From positions 62,001 to 126,000 of the IMG/VR virus record IMGVR_UViG_3300027754_000034: DNA of 64,000 bases; one strand, given 5' to 3'. The notes beneath the pieces are model-generated. The model was not told where the DNA came from. It saw nothing but the letters and a program-made list of their open reading frames with translations, and made no database searches. Both the position numbers and the translations under genes were made by a program. Positions 48,799-58,497 of the stretch are shown piece by piece (within the stretch, counting starts at the first letter, position 1; every line of letters begins with the position of its first letter).

Positions 48799-49590
48799 AT
48801 GACAACTACTGTAGGAGTAGAAAAATTAATTTCTGGATCCCCAGAAATTATTCTGGCATCTGTTATAATCAGTTCAGATGCTGTATTAGTGGACCCCCTC
48901 GGCGTTTTTAATTCTAATCAGACGCAAACCCAGATAGAATCTACACTTGGTATCTCTCTTAGAGACTATAATCTTATCCAGCTCTCTTTGTATCCCATAA
49001 TATCCCCAAATGGAATATATACCTATAACTATTCCACCAGGTACACCCAAATTGGGGTACTGAATCAAAATCTCTTACAATTTCAGGGTATACCTGGAAT
49101 ACCGGGCCAGATAGGTCCTCATGGTCCTTTTGGACCCGTGGGGCCAACTGGTCCTCTAGGAATAGGAGAGGGTGGGCCAACTGGTTCTACTGGCCCAGCA
49201 GGTTCTGGAATAATTCAAGAAATATCTTTTACTTTGAGCGGAGAGTACTCTACTATTGTTACTCCCGGAACCTTTGATCCCCCATACTTGGTAGTAAACC
49301 CGTTTACAATATCCTCTGTGGATGCAATAAGAAGAACCAGCGGTAGTGCTGGTGTTACTTCCATAGATGTGGTCAAGAAGATGAATGCTGGTGATCCAGG
49401 AGTCAGCATTTTACCATCTCCTTTGACTATTTCTAGCGGGATGGATTATGATGTTTCTTCTACTTCAGTCTTTTTAGATTCTAACTTCACGGTTGGCAAT
49501 ATAATAGAAGTAAAAATATTGTCCGTTGAATCTTATTTAGCAGGTCCCCCTGAGGGTCCTGAAGGAATAAGAATTGTCATTCGCACTTGA
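48799..49590 (+). CDS. Collagen-repeat virion protein
   Basis: About 13 G-X-Y triplets (GIPGIPGQIGPHGPFGPVGPTGPLG...GPTGSTGPAG). Confidence 0.75.
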   Translation: MTTTVGVEKLISGSPEIILASVIISSDAVLVDPLGVFNSNQTQTQIESTLGISLRDYNLIQLSLYPIISPNGIYTYNYSTRYTQIGVLNQNLLQFQGIPGIPGQIGPHGPFGPVGPTGPLGIGEGGPTGSTGPAGSGIIQEISFTLSGEYSTIVTPGTFDPPYLVVNPFTISSVDAIRRTSGSAGVTSIDVVKKMNAGDPGVSILPSPLTISSGMDYDVSSTSVFLDSNFTVGNIIEVKILSVESYLAGPPEGPEGIRIVIRT

Positions 49591-49598
49591 GGTAAAAA

Positions 49599-51596
49599 AT
49601 GGCCACTGTTCTAACTCCCCCAATTCGCACGATTCTTCCCAAAACGACTCTGACATTCAATCGTGCAAATAAAAATGTCTGGATGGGTCGTTGTTATCAT
49701 ACCTCAAGTTTAATTTCGGGAAACCGAATTCTTGTAACAGGGGGAGTTGACTGCGAATTATCTAAATCTTGTGAAATATATGATATAAATACTAATACAT
49801 GGACAAAAAGCTTTAATTTAATAAGGAATCGGGAAGCTCATTGCGCAGTAGTACTAAATAGCGGAAAGGTTTTAGTAGCTGGTGGCGGATTTAGAATGCA
49901 GGACACCCTTGATTGGTATTCATATACTAACACGGGGGAATACTTCAATGGTCTGGGGTGGTATTCAGCTGCAAATTTCATTTCCGTTACAAAGTCCGGT
50001 CTTTCTGGCGTTTTATTAAATGACGGGCGAGCGTTCTTATCTGGCGGCATATTTGGAACTATTGCTGAGACCAGTTGCGATACTTACGATGAATCTACGA
50101 ATTCATTCTCACCGGCTGCATCATTAAACGTAGCCAGAGCTTTTCATACCTCCCATACACTGAGCAATGGGTTGGTGATTGCTATAGCGGGTTCGGGAGA
50201 CGTAGGAAATTATGTTGATAGTATTGAAATATATGACCCAAATTTGGATACTTGGTCCGTTTTTGGTACTACCCTAACTAATGGTGTAATCTTCCATGCC
50301 AGCGTTTTAATTGACGATGGCATTATCTTGATTTCTGGAGGTTCAAACGGAGCCCCCTTAAATGACTGTTACATATATGATTATTTCTTAGCTACTTTAA
50401 CCCCTGTCTCTTCTATGAATCAACCAAGAGCTGGACACACTTCAACTCTCATTACTAATGGGATTAATGCAGGAAAAGTATTAGTTACAGGCGGGTTTGA
50501 TTCAACTGATATTTTAAAAAGCGCGGAATTATACGATCCTCTTACAAATACATGGACACTAGTTGGAACCATGTATGAAGAAGCATGGGGTCACAGTTCT
50601 TTCGATTTAGGTAATGGAGATATTTTAAACTTCGCAGGACAAGTATCCTGGAATAATTACCTACCTCAGTTAACCACAAATAGCACCCAGAAATGTGACA
50701 CTGACGTAACCATTCCGAACATTTATCCTAGCTTCTCCTTAATCACTAGAATGACATCCAGGGATTATGCGTGTGCTTATAATAACGCAGCGGCAGAAGT
50801 CTCTGCCGTAATGGGCGGTGAAACCATTTATTTAACGGTCGGAAATACGCCCCTTACTATCACTTTGGGTGCCATGGATACTTCAGTAGCAGCCATATGT
50901 AGCACTATAAATAGCGCATCTCTTACAGCGGGAATTGATAATTTATATGCAATTCCCGTATTTAATACTACTCCAAATGTCTTTAAACTAATATCTGTAG
51001 ATAAAATATTTACTGGTAGTGGCATAATGTCGTATGCTGACTGGCAAAAGATCGGATTACCTCAGGGTTACTTAAGCGACCCTGCAGTTTCTTCAGTAGA
51101 AGAAATATCAGTTCCTTATATTAGTAATTATGTAGATAACTCTGACTCTGTAAGCAACATACAACCAATTTCCGATCATGCTAATAGAGTCACTCTCTAC
51201 ATTAAATTCAGGACAGAAGACAATTCATCTTCACACCCTAATCATGGATGGGTGGTTATAGCAGTGTTGTGGGATAATGGTGGTTCTGAAGAATATTTAT
51301 TCCTAAATGGACTAATCGAACCATTTACTGTTAACAATTTCAACGCTGGAAATCCCTTGGTCGGTATAGACTCTCAAACAGTTGGTCTTACTTCCATCCC
51401 GCCAAACATAAGCGGCTCAGCATATAATGGCGTTACTCAATCTATGATAAACCTTGAACCTCCTCCTGGAAGCACAGGTATTAGAATAGCTGTATTTACT
51501 GGTGACCCATCTATGATATTGAATAGTACCGGAGATTTTCAGTATCCCTACATAGCGCCAAAGTTGTCTTTGATGATATCTGATGGTACAAGATAA
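49599..51596 (+). CDS. Kelch-repeat beta-propeller virion protein
   Basis: About seven R..H....L..G.VLV.GG...E.YD....W repeats; GAGG RBS. Confidence 0.88.
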   Translation: MATVLTPPIRTILPKTTLTFNRANKNVWMGRCYHTSSLISGNRILVTGGVDCELSKSCEIYDINTNTWTKSFNLIRNREAHCAVVLNSGKVLVAGGGFRMQDTLDWYSYTNTGEYFNGLGWYSAANFISVTKSGLSGVLLNDGRAFLSGGIFGTIAETSCDTYDESTNSFSPAASLNVARAFHTSHTLSNGLVIAIAGSGDVGNYVDSIEIYDPNLDTWSVFGTTLTNGVIFHASVLIDDGIILISGGSNGAPLNDCYIYDYFLATLTPVSSMNQPRAGHTSTLITNGINAGKVLVTGGFDSTDILKSAELYDPLTNTWTLVGTMYEEAWGHSSFDLGNGDILNFAGQVSWNNYLPQLTTNSTQKCDTDVTIPNIYPSFSLITRMTSRDYACAYNNAAAEVSAVMGGETIYLTVGNTPLTITLGAMDTSVAAICSTINSASLTAGIDNLYAIPVFNTTPNVFKLISVDKIFTGSGIMSYADWQKIGLPQGYLSDPAVSSVEEISVPYISNYVDNSDSVSNIQPISDHANRVTLYIKFRTEDNSSSHPNHGWVVIAVLWDNGGSEEYLFLNGLIEPFTVNNFNAGNPLVGIDSQTVGLTSIPPNISGSAYNGVTQSMINLEPPPGSTGIRIAVFTGDPSMILNSTGDFQYPYIAPKLSLMISDGTR

Positions 51597-51718
51597 GGTC
51601 GTAGACGGGACTTGAACCCTTAATCCTATAGAATGTTTCATTGAACATTTATGTCACAGACGAAAGGAGAACCCAAGGGAATCTAATTCAGCTCTCTTTA
51701 TCCTTAAAGCGATATTAG

Positions 51719-51802
51719 CATTTTTGGCATAAAACTATCATTACTTGGGGCCAATTTCAACATTTTTGGTATAAAACTATCATTACTTGGGGCAAATTTC
51801 AA
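51719..51802. repeat. 42-bp tandem direct repeat x2
   Basis: CATTTTTGG(C/T)ATAAAACTATCATTACTTGGGGC(C/A)AATTTCAA twice, 2 mismatches. Confidence 0.9.
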
Positions 51803-51820
51803 CACGGGTTTTTATCTTTT

Positions 51821-53114
51821 ATGAAAAATATTTCGAAAAGAGCTGATGAATTGAAACATGAAAATCATATGATGGACGTGGAAAGAATATCAATGCGGAT
51901 TGCTTTTGGGAATTCGAACTTGATCGATTCTCGATTGCTTCGTATTGCGTTTCGCGTCATAGAAGCATCTAAGGTTGATGATTTAATACTCGCTAATCCA
52001 GGTTTAGAAGAGAGTATTAAAAAACTCTCCGATAATGATCCTTCTAAAAGTAATAAATATATCGAATGGAGCGTTAAACAACTCAAACAACTGAAACAAC
52101 TGAAACTAGAAGCCACAATGGGGGATTTAATTTCCACCATACAGGCGTTTCATAAAGTTCAAAATAGACTTGAGAAGAAAGACATTAACCAATACAAGAC
52201 CTTGAAAGAACTGGAAGATGCTATAAAGGATCTTCCAGAATCCAAAACCAAAGAAAAGATCCAGGTGAAATCGGGGGCCAAAAAACTTTGGGAGAATGAC
52301 ACGCACGTACTCTTCAGGATGCATACTCAAAATGCTTGCATCGCATATGGAAAAGGCACTAAATGGTGCATAACCATGAAGGATGACAATCCTTGGGATG
52401 AATATACTAATAATAATTCTATTTTTTATTTTTTGATCGACAAAAGACCATCCGAGTCTGAATATTCAAAGATCGCTTGGAACGTCCGAAGGAATATGGA
52501 TGATAATAGCGTTGAAGAAGTCGAGATCCATGACGCTCTTGATGATTTGATAACAAATTCTACGATTCAAGGAATACCGGAGTTCAGTAATATTAATCGC
52601 ATGATCATAGAGGACGCTCCAAAGGCTCCGGATGGGCCCAATGTCTCTAAGCGAAAGGAACTTTTAAAAAAAAATTCTCGCGGATCACGACGCAGGGGAG
52701 AAAGCCGCCCTGCACGGGGCGGACCTGCGCGGGGCGAACCTAACCAAGGCGGACCTGCGCGGGGCGGACATGGCCGGGGCAAACCTGAAAGGGGGAAACC
52801 TGAGCGGGGCGTACCTGACCAATGCGGATTTGAACGAGGCGGACCTGGGCGGGGCGAACATGACCATCGCGAAACTTAACGGGGCGAATTTGACCAGGGC
52901 GTACCTGTACAATGCGAACCTTAGCGGGGCGGACCTGACCGAGGCGGACCTGACCGAGGCGGACCTGACCGAGGCGGACCTGACCGAGGCGGACCTGACC
53001 GGGGCGGACCTGACCGGGGCGAATTTGACCAATGCGAGATTGATCGGAGCGATACTGGACGGGGCAAAAACTCAGGGAGCCAATTTCACCGGAGCCGATA
53101 TGGAACCTGAATGA
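51821..53114 (+). CDS. IA-leader + WCIT (PcfJ-like) domain + pentapeptide-repeat protein, split by a +1 frameshift at an A9 run (52666-52674)
   Basis: Deleting one A gives ...ELLKKILADHDAGEKAALHGADLRGANL..., in frame with ORF 52770..53114. YGKGTKWCIT motif. A(D/N)Lxx repeats. Confidence 0.8.
52929..53018 (+). repeat. 15-bp tandem repeat x6 (ADLTE/ADLTG)
   Basis: GCGGACCTGACCGAG x4 plus GCGGACCTGACCGGG x2. Confidence 0.92.
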
Positions 53115-53152
53115 CCCGTATATATTTTATCTTTTAATGTACCATTCATAAT

Positions 53153-53710
53153 ATGAACCCTGTAAACGCATCCCGTATGATGAAGAGAATGGCTGCCGCG
53201 TTAGCGGCATCCAAGTCCCCTAACAAATCCGCCGTAGCAAAAGATCTTATGGCATTATCTGATGCCATAAACGGTAATAAGAAAGCTGAAGTTTATTTGT
53301 TAAATAAATTGGCTTTCGATCAGGATCAGGATGAGCGCACGGAGCTGTCTGACGACGTTTTTATTGAATTCCAAAAGCATTATCTTGACTGGGCAGGACA
53401 ATTCGTATACTCACAGACTTTGAAAATGGACGGTGATCATGATCACTTCATTCCTAACTACATCACCAATGGCGGTGGCAATGAATCAATGCCTCCATTC
53501 AAAGGCATAATGGTACCGTTCAATATATCAATTGATAAAGACGGAAAAGTCGTAATTTCTTACGAGGACAAATATGTTCCACAAGGGATTAGTTATTCAT
53601 TCTTTCCTGCGAAAGCTAGAGGCAATTGGTCAAAACCAATTGGAGACTCATTTGAATATTTCACTGATAATTGCCCAGAAATGGCGAACTTCATACAAGA
53701 TAACATGTGA
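53153..53710 (+). CDS. Hypothetical protein with extended N-terminal leader
   Basis: 185-aa ORF; the N-terminus aligns with 10586..11878. Confidence 0.7.
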   Translation: MNPVNASRMMKRMAAALAASKSPNKSAVAKDLMALSDAINGNKKAEVYLLNKLAFDQDQDERTELSDDVFIEFQKHYLDWAGQFVYSQTLKMDGDHDHFIPNYITNGGGNESMPPFKGIMVPFNISIDKDGKVVISYEDKYVPQGISYSFFPAKARGNWSKPIGDSFEYFTDNCPEMANFIQDNM

Positions 53711-54080
53711 GTTATCCTCGTAGGAGATGAGATGGCGAGAGGTTGACCAATTGATGAAACCCGATTGGTCAACAAATCCGCTATGGAAGCGTCACTTCTC
53801 CTAGTTCCTATTGTTTAATACGCTGTGCATAATCATAATTAAGATATTATGATTATGAGTATCAGTATATGGATTATTAACAATCATTCATAATCAAAAA
53901 CTTTATATATCTAGGAATCACGTCACAAGTAGTAAATCTTTTAGATTTTGATCATTAGCAGTAATCTTAGTGGTCTTAATCAAATCTGCTCTATTCTGCT
54001 CATTGATATTAATATAATTTATACAGATTCTTCAGGAAAATATTTTCTTAGGCCTTTTCAAGTAGTATTATGTTGGTAAC

Positions 54081-54263
54081 ATGTCAAAACACGCTAAGAT
54101 AACTTCCCACGAAATCAATGGATCGCAATGTCTTATATTCGAGCCTGAAAGTGACTGTTTTGTTATTGAGATAAAAACCGAATCCGGAGTTCTGGTATCA
54201 GAAAAAATTAGAAGAACACTATTTAATGAGTTGTTTTTAAGGTCTTATACATTAGAAGAATGA
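54081..54263 (+). CDS. Hypothetical protein
   Basis: 60-aa ORF at the head of a plus-strand cluster. Confidence 0.45.
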   Translation: MSKHAKITSHEINGSQCLIFEPESDCFVIEIKTESGVLVSEKIRRTLFNELFLRSYTLEE

Positions 54264-54275
54264 TAATGCCTCATA

Positions 54276-54692
54276 ATGCCGAAATTTCCGAAGCATATTG
54301 TAATATCAGCTAAGCAAATTTCCACAATCTTGATATCTTATTGGTATCAAGAGTCAAAAATATTGGAAAATATACCTAGTATAGCGTCAAAAATAAATAA
54401 GACATTATTATCATCTAATTATTCAAATAGTGTAATTGGTGAGTTAATATGTGAAGAGGGTAAATTAATTGATATTTACATGGTATTTTTAGAGTCTCTA
54501 GACATATATTCTTTATTACAACAGATAGAATATTCTAAACTTCTCTGGGATATTAAAAGAAGGTCTGGACTTAAAATTAGAAACGATGTAGCCAAATACC
54601 TGAAATCTACTAAGTGGTGGAAAAACCGAAAAGCCGGGTTTGATTTAGAAAGAAAACGAATAAATACCATAAAGAAGGTCATGAAAGACTAA
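54276..54692 (+). CDS. Hypothetical protein
   Basis: 138-aa ORF. Confidence 0.5.
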   Translation: MPKFPKHIVISAKQISTILISYWYQESKILENIPSIASKINKTLLSSNYSNSVIGELICEEGKLIDIYMVFLESLDIYSLLQQIEYSKLLWDIKRRSGLKIRNDVAKYLKSTKWWKNRKAGFDLERKRINTIKKVMKD

Positions 54693-54708
54693 ATGTATAT
54701 TTTGACTT

Positions 54709-54930
54709 ATGACATTATATAAAATATATAGCATTATATCTCTATTTGTGTTAGTCCTTACTTTCTTTTGGGCGAGGCGCAGTGATGATGCCCAAAAATG
54801 GAGTATCCTGATGAGAGGAATGGTAATTCTTACAATATCTATTATCTGGCCTACTTTCATTTTTGTGTCAGTGGGTGGTATTTTGGGAGTATTGTCGATA
54901 GCATCGAACCGATGGACATCGCCAAAATAA
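54709..54930 (+). CDS. Small two-TM membrane protein
   Basis: Two hydrophobic helices, IIWP motif. Confidence 0.5.
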   Translation: MTLYKIYSIISLFVLVLTFFWARRSDDAQKWSILMRGMVILTISIIWPTFIFVSVGGILGVLSIASNRWTSPK

Positions 54931-55043
54931 TCCTTTTTAGTGATATCGATTTGTGATTCTTCTTTACATTTACATATATCCTTCATGAAAATTTACGGCA
55001 AAGGAAATGAGCAATATAAGATGTTATTATCCTGAACTTTTAT

Positions 55044-55592
55044 ATGGATAGTTATAGTCAATTAATTTTAAATATTTCGATAAAATACCCTCAATTTAGA
55101 ATCCTTAAGAAGTCGAATTCTCGGATGATGAAAGCGATCGATCTACTGATACGTATTTTAACTTTTGGTAAAAATAAGTCATTCTTGACTGATTATGTAA
55201 CCACCATAAAATATAAAGTATATGTACCGAGTGACTGGAGTACTTTCAAAGAAAGAGATAAAATAATAGTCATTAATCATGAACTGGTTCATATGAATCA
55301 GTATTATCGATATAAAACATTATTTTTCTTGGCATATTTATTATTTCCTGTGCCTCTCTTCTTCGCGTGGGCCAGGACTAAATTTGAAATGGAAGCCTAT
55401 GAGGTGACTCTGCGATTGACAGCTAAACGGTATGGCATACCTCACATAGAAGATGTGTTATATCGGAACAGCATTATCACGATCTTTACAGGACCTGGAT
55501 ATGGTTGGATGATGTATTATAGAAAATATGTAGAAAACTGGTACGATGAAGTATTACGCAAAATCAGACAGGAGTCTGAAGTAAAATCTTGA
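55044..55592 (+). CDS. HExxH zinc-metallopeptidase-like protein
   Basis: INHELVHMNQY...FEMEAY. Confidence 0.7.
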   Translation: MDSYSQLILNISIKYPQFRILKKSNSRMMKAIDLLIRILTFGKNKSFLTDYVTTIKYKVYVPSDWSTFKERDKIIVINHELVHMNQYYRYKTLFFLAYLLFPVPLFFAWARTKFEMEAYEVTLRLTAKRYGIPHIEDVLYRNSIITIFTGPGYGWMMYYRKYVENWYDEVLRKIRQESEVKS

Positions 55593-55986
55593 CGGTTGGG
55601 AACCGAGGTTCCTGATGTAAAGGAGATGTGCCTTCCTGATTGATGGCTTGTGATAAAATTTCTTTTGTATCGAGACTTTGAATACTTGATAGCTTGTGAA
55701 TTCTAACGGTAAAGTTTGTTTACAATGAGCCTGCAGTCTGATCTACCTATCGTGAAGTTCAACCTGCACGTATAAGCTTCAAGAATTCTACTTACCAGAA
55801 CGATGAAATCGGAAATGACTGCTGTAAAAATAAGAGTTAGAGACGCCCAATCAATTCGTGAGGAAATACATGAACTGAAGGGAACCACGGCTTGTGATTG
55901 GATGAGAGCCGCCAAAAACCTTATCGATGAAAGAAACGAGGGAGTTGATGGGGAGGACCGAGAAGTCCTCCTATCTATAAAACCCC

Positions 55987-56784
55987 TCAAGAATTCTTGA
56001 TCGGTCCTATTACCTTGCGTATCTCTGCTGGATCTCCCTGGAATTTATAGAATCCAGTGTGGTCCAGCTTAATGGTCGGATTGGCAAAGACTCGACCGCC
56101 CATTCGTTTCCAGCGCAAACAGAAGGCCCAATCTTCGGAAAGATAGGTCCCATCTTCTGTGATTTCCGTATCATAAAGAGCATACATGAAGTGCTCACAT
56201 TCTGGGGCATATGCCAAACTATCCCGATATTTTAATTCAGGAAAAGCGTTAAACATTCGCTCGAATACGTGGCGCTTAACCAACATGAAACCGGTGCCAA
56301 GAGTATCGACTTCCACCAAGTCCTCTTTGTTTACAACCGGATCGGCGGTTAAATTCACCACATAACTAATGGGAATGCTCTTTTTAGGATAAAGACCGCC
56401 AACGACATCCTGATTATTACATAGCAACTTCAGGATGGCCTCAGGATCGAAGGCCAGGTCTACATCGATGAACATTAAATGGGTGGCTTCTGGGCATCCC
56501 ATGAACTTTGCGACCAAATTATTGCGAGCGCGCGGAATTAGCGACTCGTTATAAATGATATCCATCGTGAAATTAATTTTTAACTTAGTGGCTATAATGG
56601 CGAACTTAACGAGTCCTGCAAACGTCGATTCGCTGCACATGCCTCCGTACATCGGAAGAGCGAAATAAATGTGTTGTTCCTGTAAAAATTTTAAAGTTAT
56701 TGGGTCTAAAGTGGAAGCTCCTCCATCATTTTTATTGGGAGTGGGAGTGACTTCAAGATTTTCGTTTGATTCTTTAGATTCCAT
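55987..56784 (-). CDS. GT-A fold glycosyltransferase (phage type)
   Basis: ESLIPRARN, HLMFIDVD, GGLYPKK, GTGFMLVKR, YLSEDWAFC. Confidence 0.85.
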   Translation of the reverse strand: MESKESNENLEVTPTPNKNDGGASTLDPITLKFLQEQHIYFALPMYGGMCSESTFAGLVKFAIIATKLKINFTMDIIYNESLIPRARNNLVAKFMGCPEATHLMFIDVDLAFDPEAILKLLCNNQDVVGGLYPKKSIPISYVVNLTADPVVNKEDLVEVDTLGTGFMLVKRHVFERMFNAFPELKYRDSLAYAPECEHFMYALYDTEITEDGTYLSEDWAFCLRWKRMGGRVFANPTIKLDHTGFYKFQGDPAEIRKVIGPIKNS

Positions 56785-57101
56785 GTTTCCTAACCGATCA
56801 ATAAAACCGTACCGACTGCGCTAATTTTTCATTCAAGAATCGCCGTTTAGGTGCAGTGGACGGTTGATATGGCGATTTGTGATGTGCTGATCTCTAGAGG
56901 ACTCAAATTCGCGGGTCCACGATAAATTAGATTGACTGCTTGAATGGGAGCCGAGTCCGGTCGAATGTCCGGACCGGAGAAATCCGGAATGAGGTTGGAA
57001 TGTGTAAAGCGTATCGTGGGCGTACTCGTTCAAAGTCGGAGGGGTCTGAGGACGTGGGTTGACGGGTGGGAAAGTGAATGGATGGGTGAGAGAGGCGAAG
57101 A

Positions 57102-57135
57102 AAAGGCCCCGGGAAGCGTCTCCCTGGGGTCCTTT
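57102..57135. terminator. GC-rich hairpin / possible terminator
   Basis: AAAGGCCCCGGGA...TCCCTGGGGTCCTTT. Confidence 0.45.
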
Positions 57136-57842
57136 GTCCTTACCCCGGGTTCGCTATAATGTGGTTTAACGGAAGTACCTTTCCGGAGTCAGGAGCGTTA
57201 TCCTGGTAATTGACGTTTGCTGACGCGTATCCTGAATATAAAGGGGTGTACGGGGAATTGGAAGAATCCATAATGCGTGGGATGTCCAAGAACAATTACG
57301 GGTATACGGGAAAATAGAGAGAGATGCAATTCAGGATATACAGATTCCGGATAATTTTTATATCGATAATTTACAGATATGGGGTCTACCGATAGGATCG
57401 ATTGTCCTGGTAATATTCGGGATAATCGGTACCATACATTACCATATAGTAAATTTACAATATGACGAATTGGCATGATTGTTCGACCAATCCATGGAAT
57501 AAAGAATACGGAAATCGGTAGAAACCGATTATTGATAAACTCAGCTTCCATCCGTTAAAGAATGCTTGGAAGTAATGTAAACGAGAGTGGAAGATTTCTG
57601 ATAAAATGTAGAACGGCGGAATTACCAATAAATTTTAGTGGGGCTAAATATTCTGAATGGATACTAAACGCCCGGTAAATCGCGGAGTAATCCTTTCCGT
57701 AAATGGGTGGAATTACAGAATACCTCAATCAATTCATCAAGCACAAATAGAGAACATTAAGCAAAATATAAAATAAAGTATCCAAAATGCGTAGAAAACA
57801 CTTGGCAAAATGTTGAGTAAAGTATTCTGGATGGTGCTCCAT

Positions 57843-57955
57843 TGAATACTCGATATAAAACTCCTGTGAATACTCGATATTTTAATTGACATGCTCGATA
57901 TTTTACTTGACATGTTACTTGACATGCTCGATATATTACTTGACATGCTCGATAT
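57843..57955. repeat. Iteron-like array (TTGACATG)CTCGATAT
   Basis: TGAATACTCGATAT x2, TTGACATGCTCGATAT x3 plus a partial copy. Confidence 0.85.
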
Positions 57956-58119
57956 ATTTGGAAAACGAATTTTCATAAAAGTAGCCCTTCCTTATTCTTA
58001 TGGTCCTTGTTTGGTATCCTGATATTTTATCCGTAATTTAGTAAATTTTATTGGGTACTTCTGTAAATTTTTTGAAATTATCTGTAAATTTTACTGGGTA
58101 TTTCAGTAAACGGGAGACT

Positions 58120-58497
58120 TTAGGAAAGGTCTCCCGAAATTTTACGATCACCGGTATGCAATTTTGCTTTGACTCCAAATTCATCAATTTTATCCATGGC
58201 CATTTCCTCGGTAAGTCCACTTTGTATTAAAATGCCCGAAATGAAAGTGCCGTCTTCTGGAATTATTCCCCCTATACTGTCTTGGCAAGCTACAACTGCA
58301 AAATGAGTGGTGGTGGACATCATCCAAATACTCCAATTGCTCTCTTGGAGTTCGGCATTTTCCTTCTGCATCGAAATTAAACTATTTTGCACAAGTTTCT
58401 CAGGATTGTCTGAAATATTCAATTGTAATTCTATTAATTTGTCAATTGTTTGATCGAGGATTTCTTCCAACGCCTCTTTTATCTTCTTCATAAACAT
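58120..58497 (-). CDS. Hypothetical protein
   Basis: 125-aa ORF with natural-looking composition. Confidence 0.5.
   Translation of the reverse strand: MFMKKIKEALEEILDQTIDKLIELQLNISDNPEKLVQNSLISMQKENAELQESNWSIWMMSTTTHFAVVACQDSIGGIIPEDGTFISGILIQSGLTEEMAMDKIDEFGVKAKLHTGDRKISGDLS

Noticed and set aside
52685-53032. Minus-strand ORF with VRSAS repeats, and the R/G-rich tail of ORF 51821..52879
   Set aside because: Both are shadow or out-of-frame readings of the pentapeptide repeat.
57198-57551. 117-aa minus-strand ORF and the many short antisense ORFs in the track
   Set aside because: Atypical composition, or complete overlap with better-supported genes on the opposite strand.
57737-57976. ORF with ISSMSSN repeats
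   Set aside because: It is a translation of the DNA repeat array, not protein-like.
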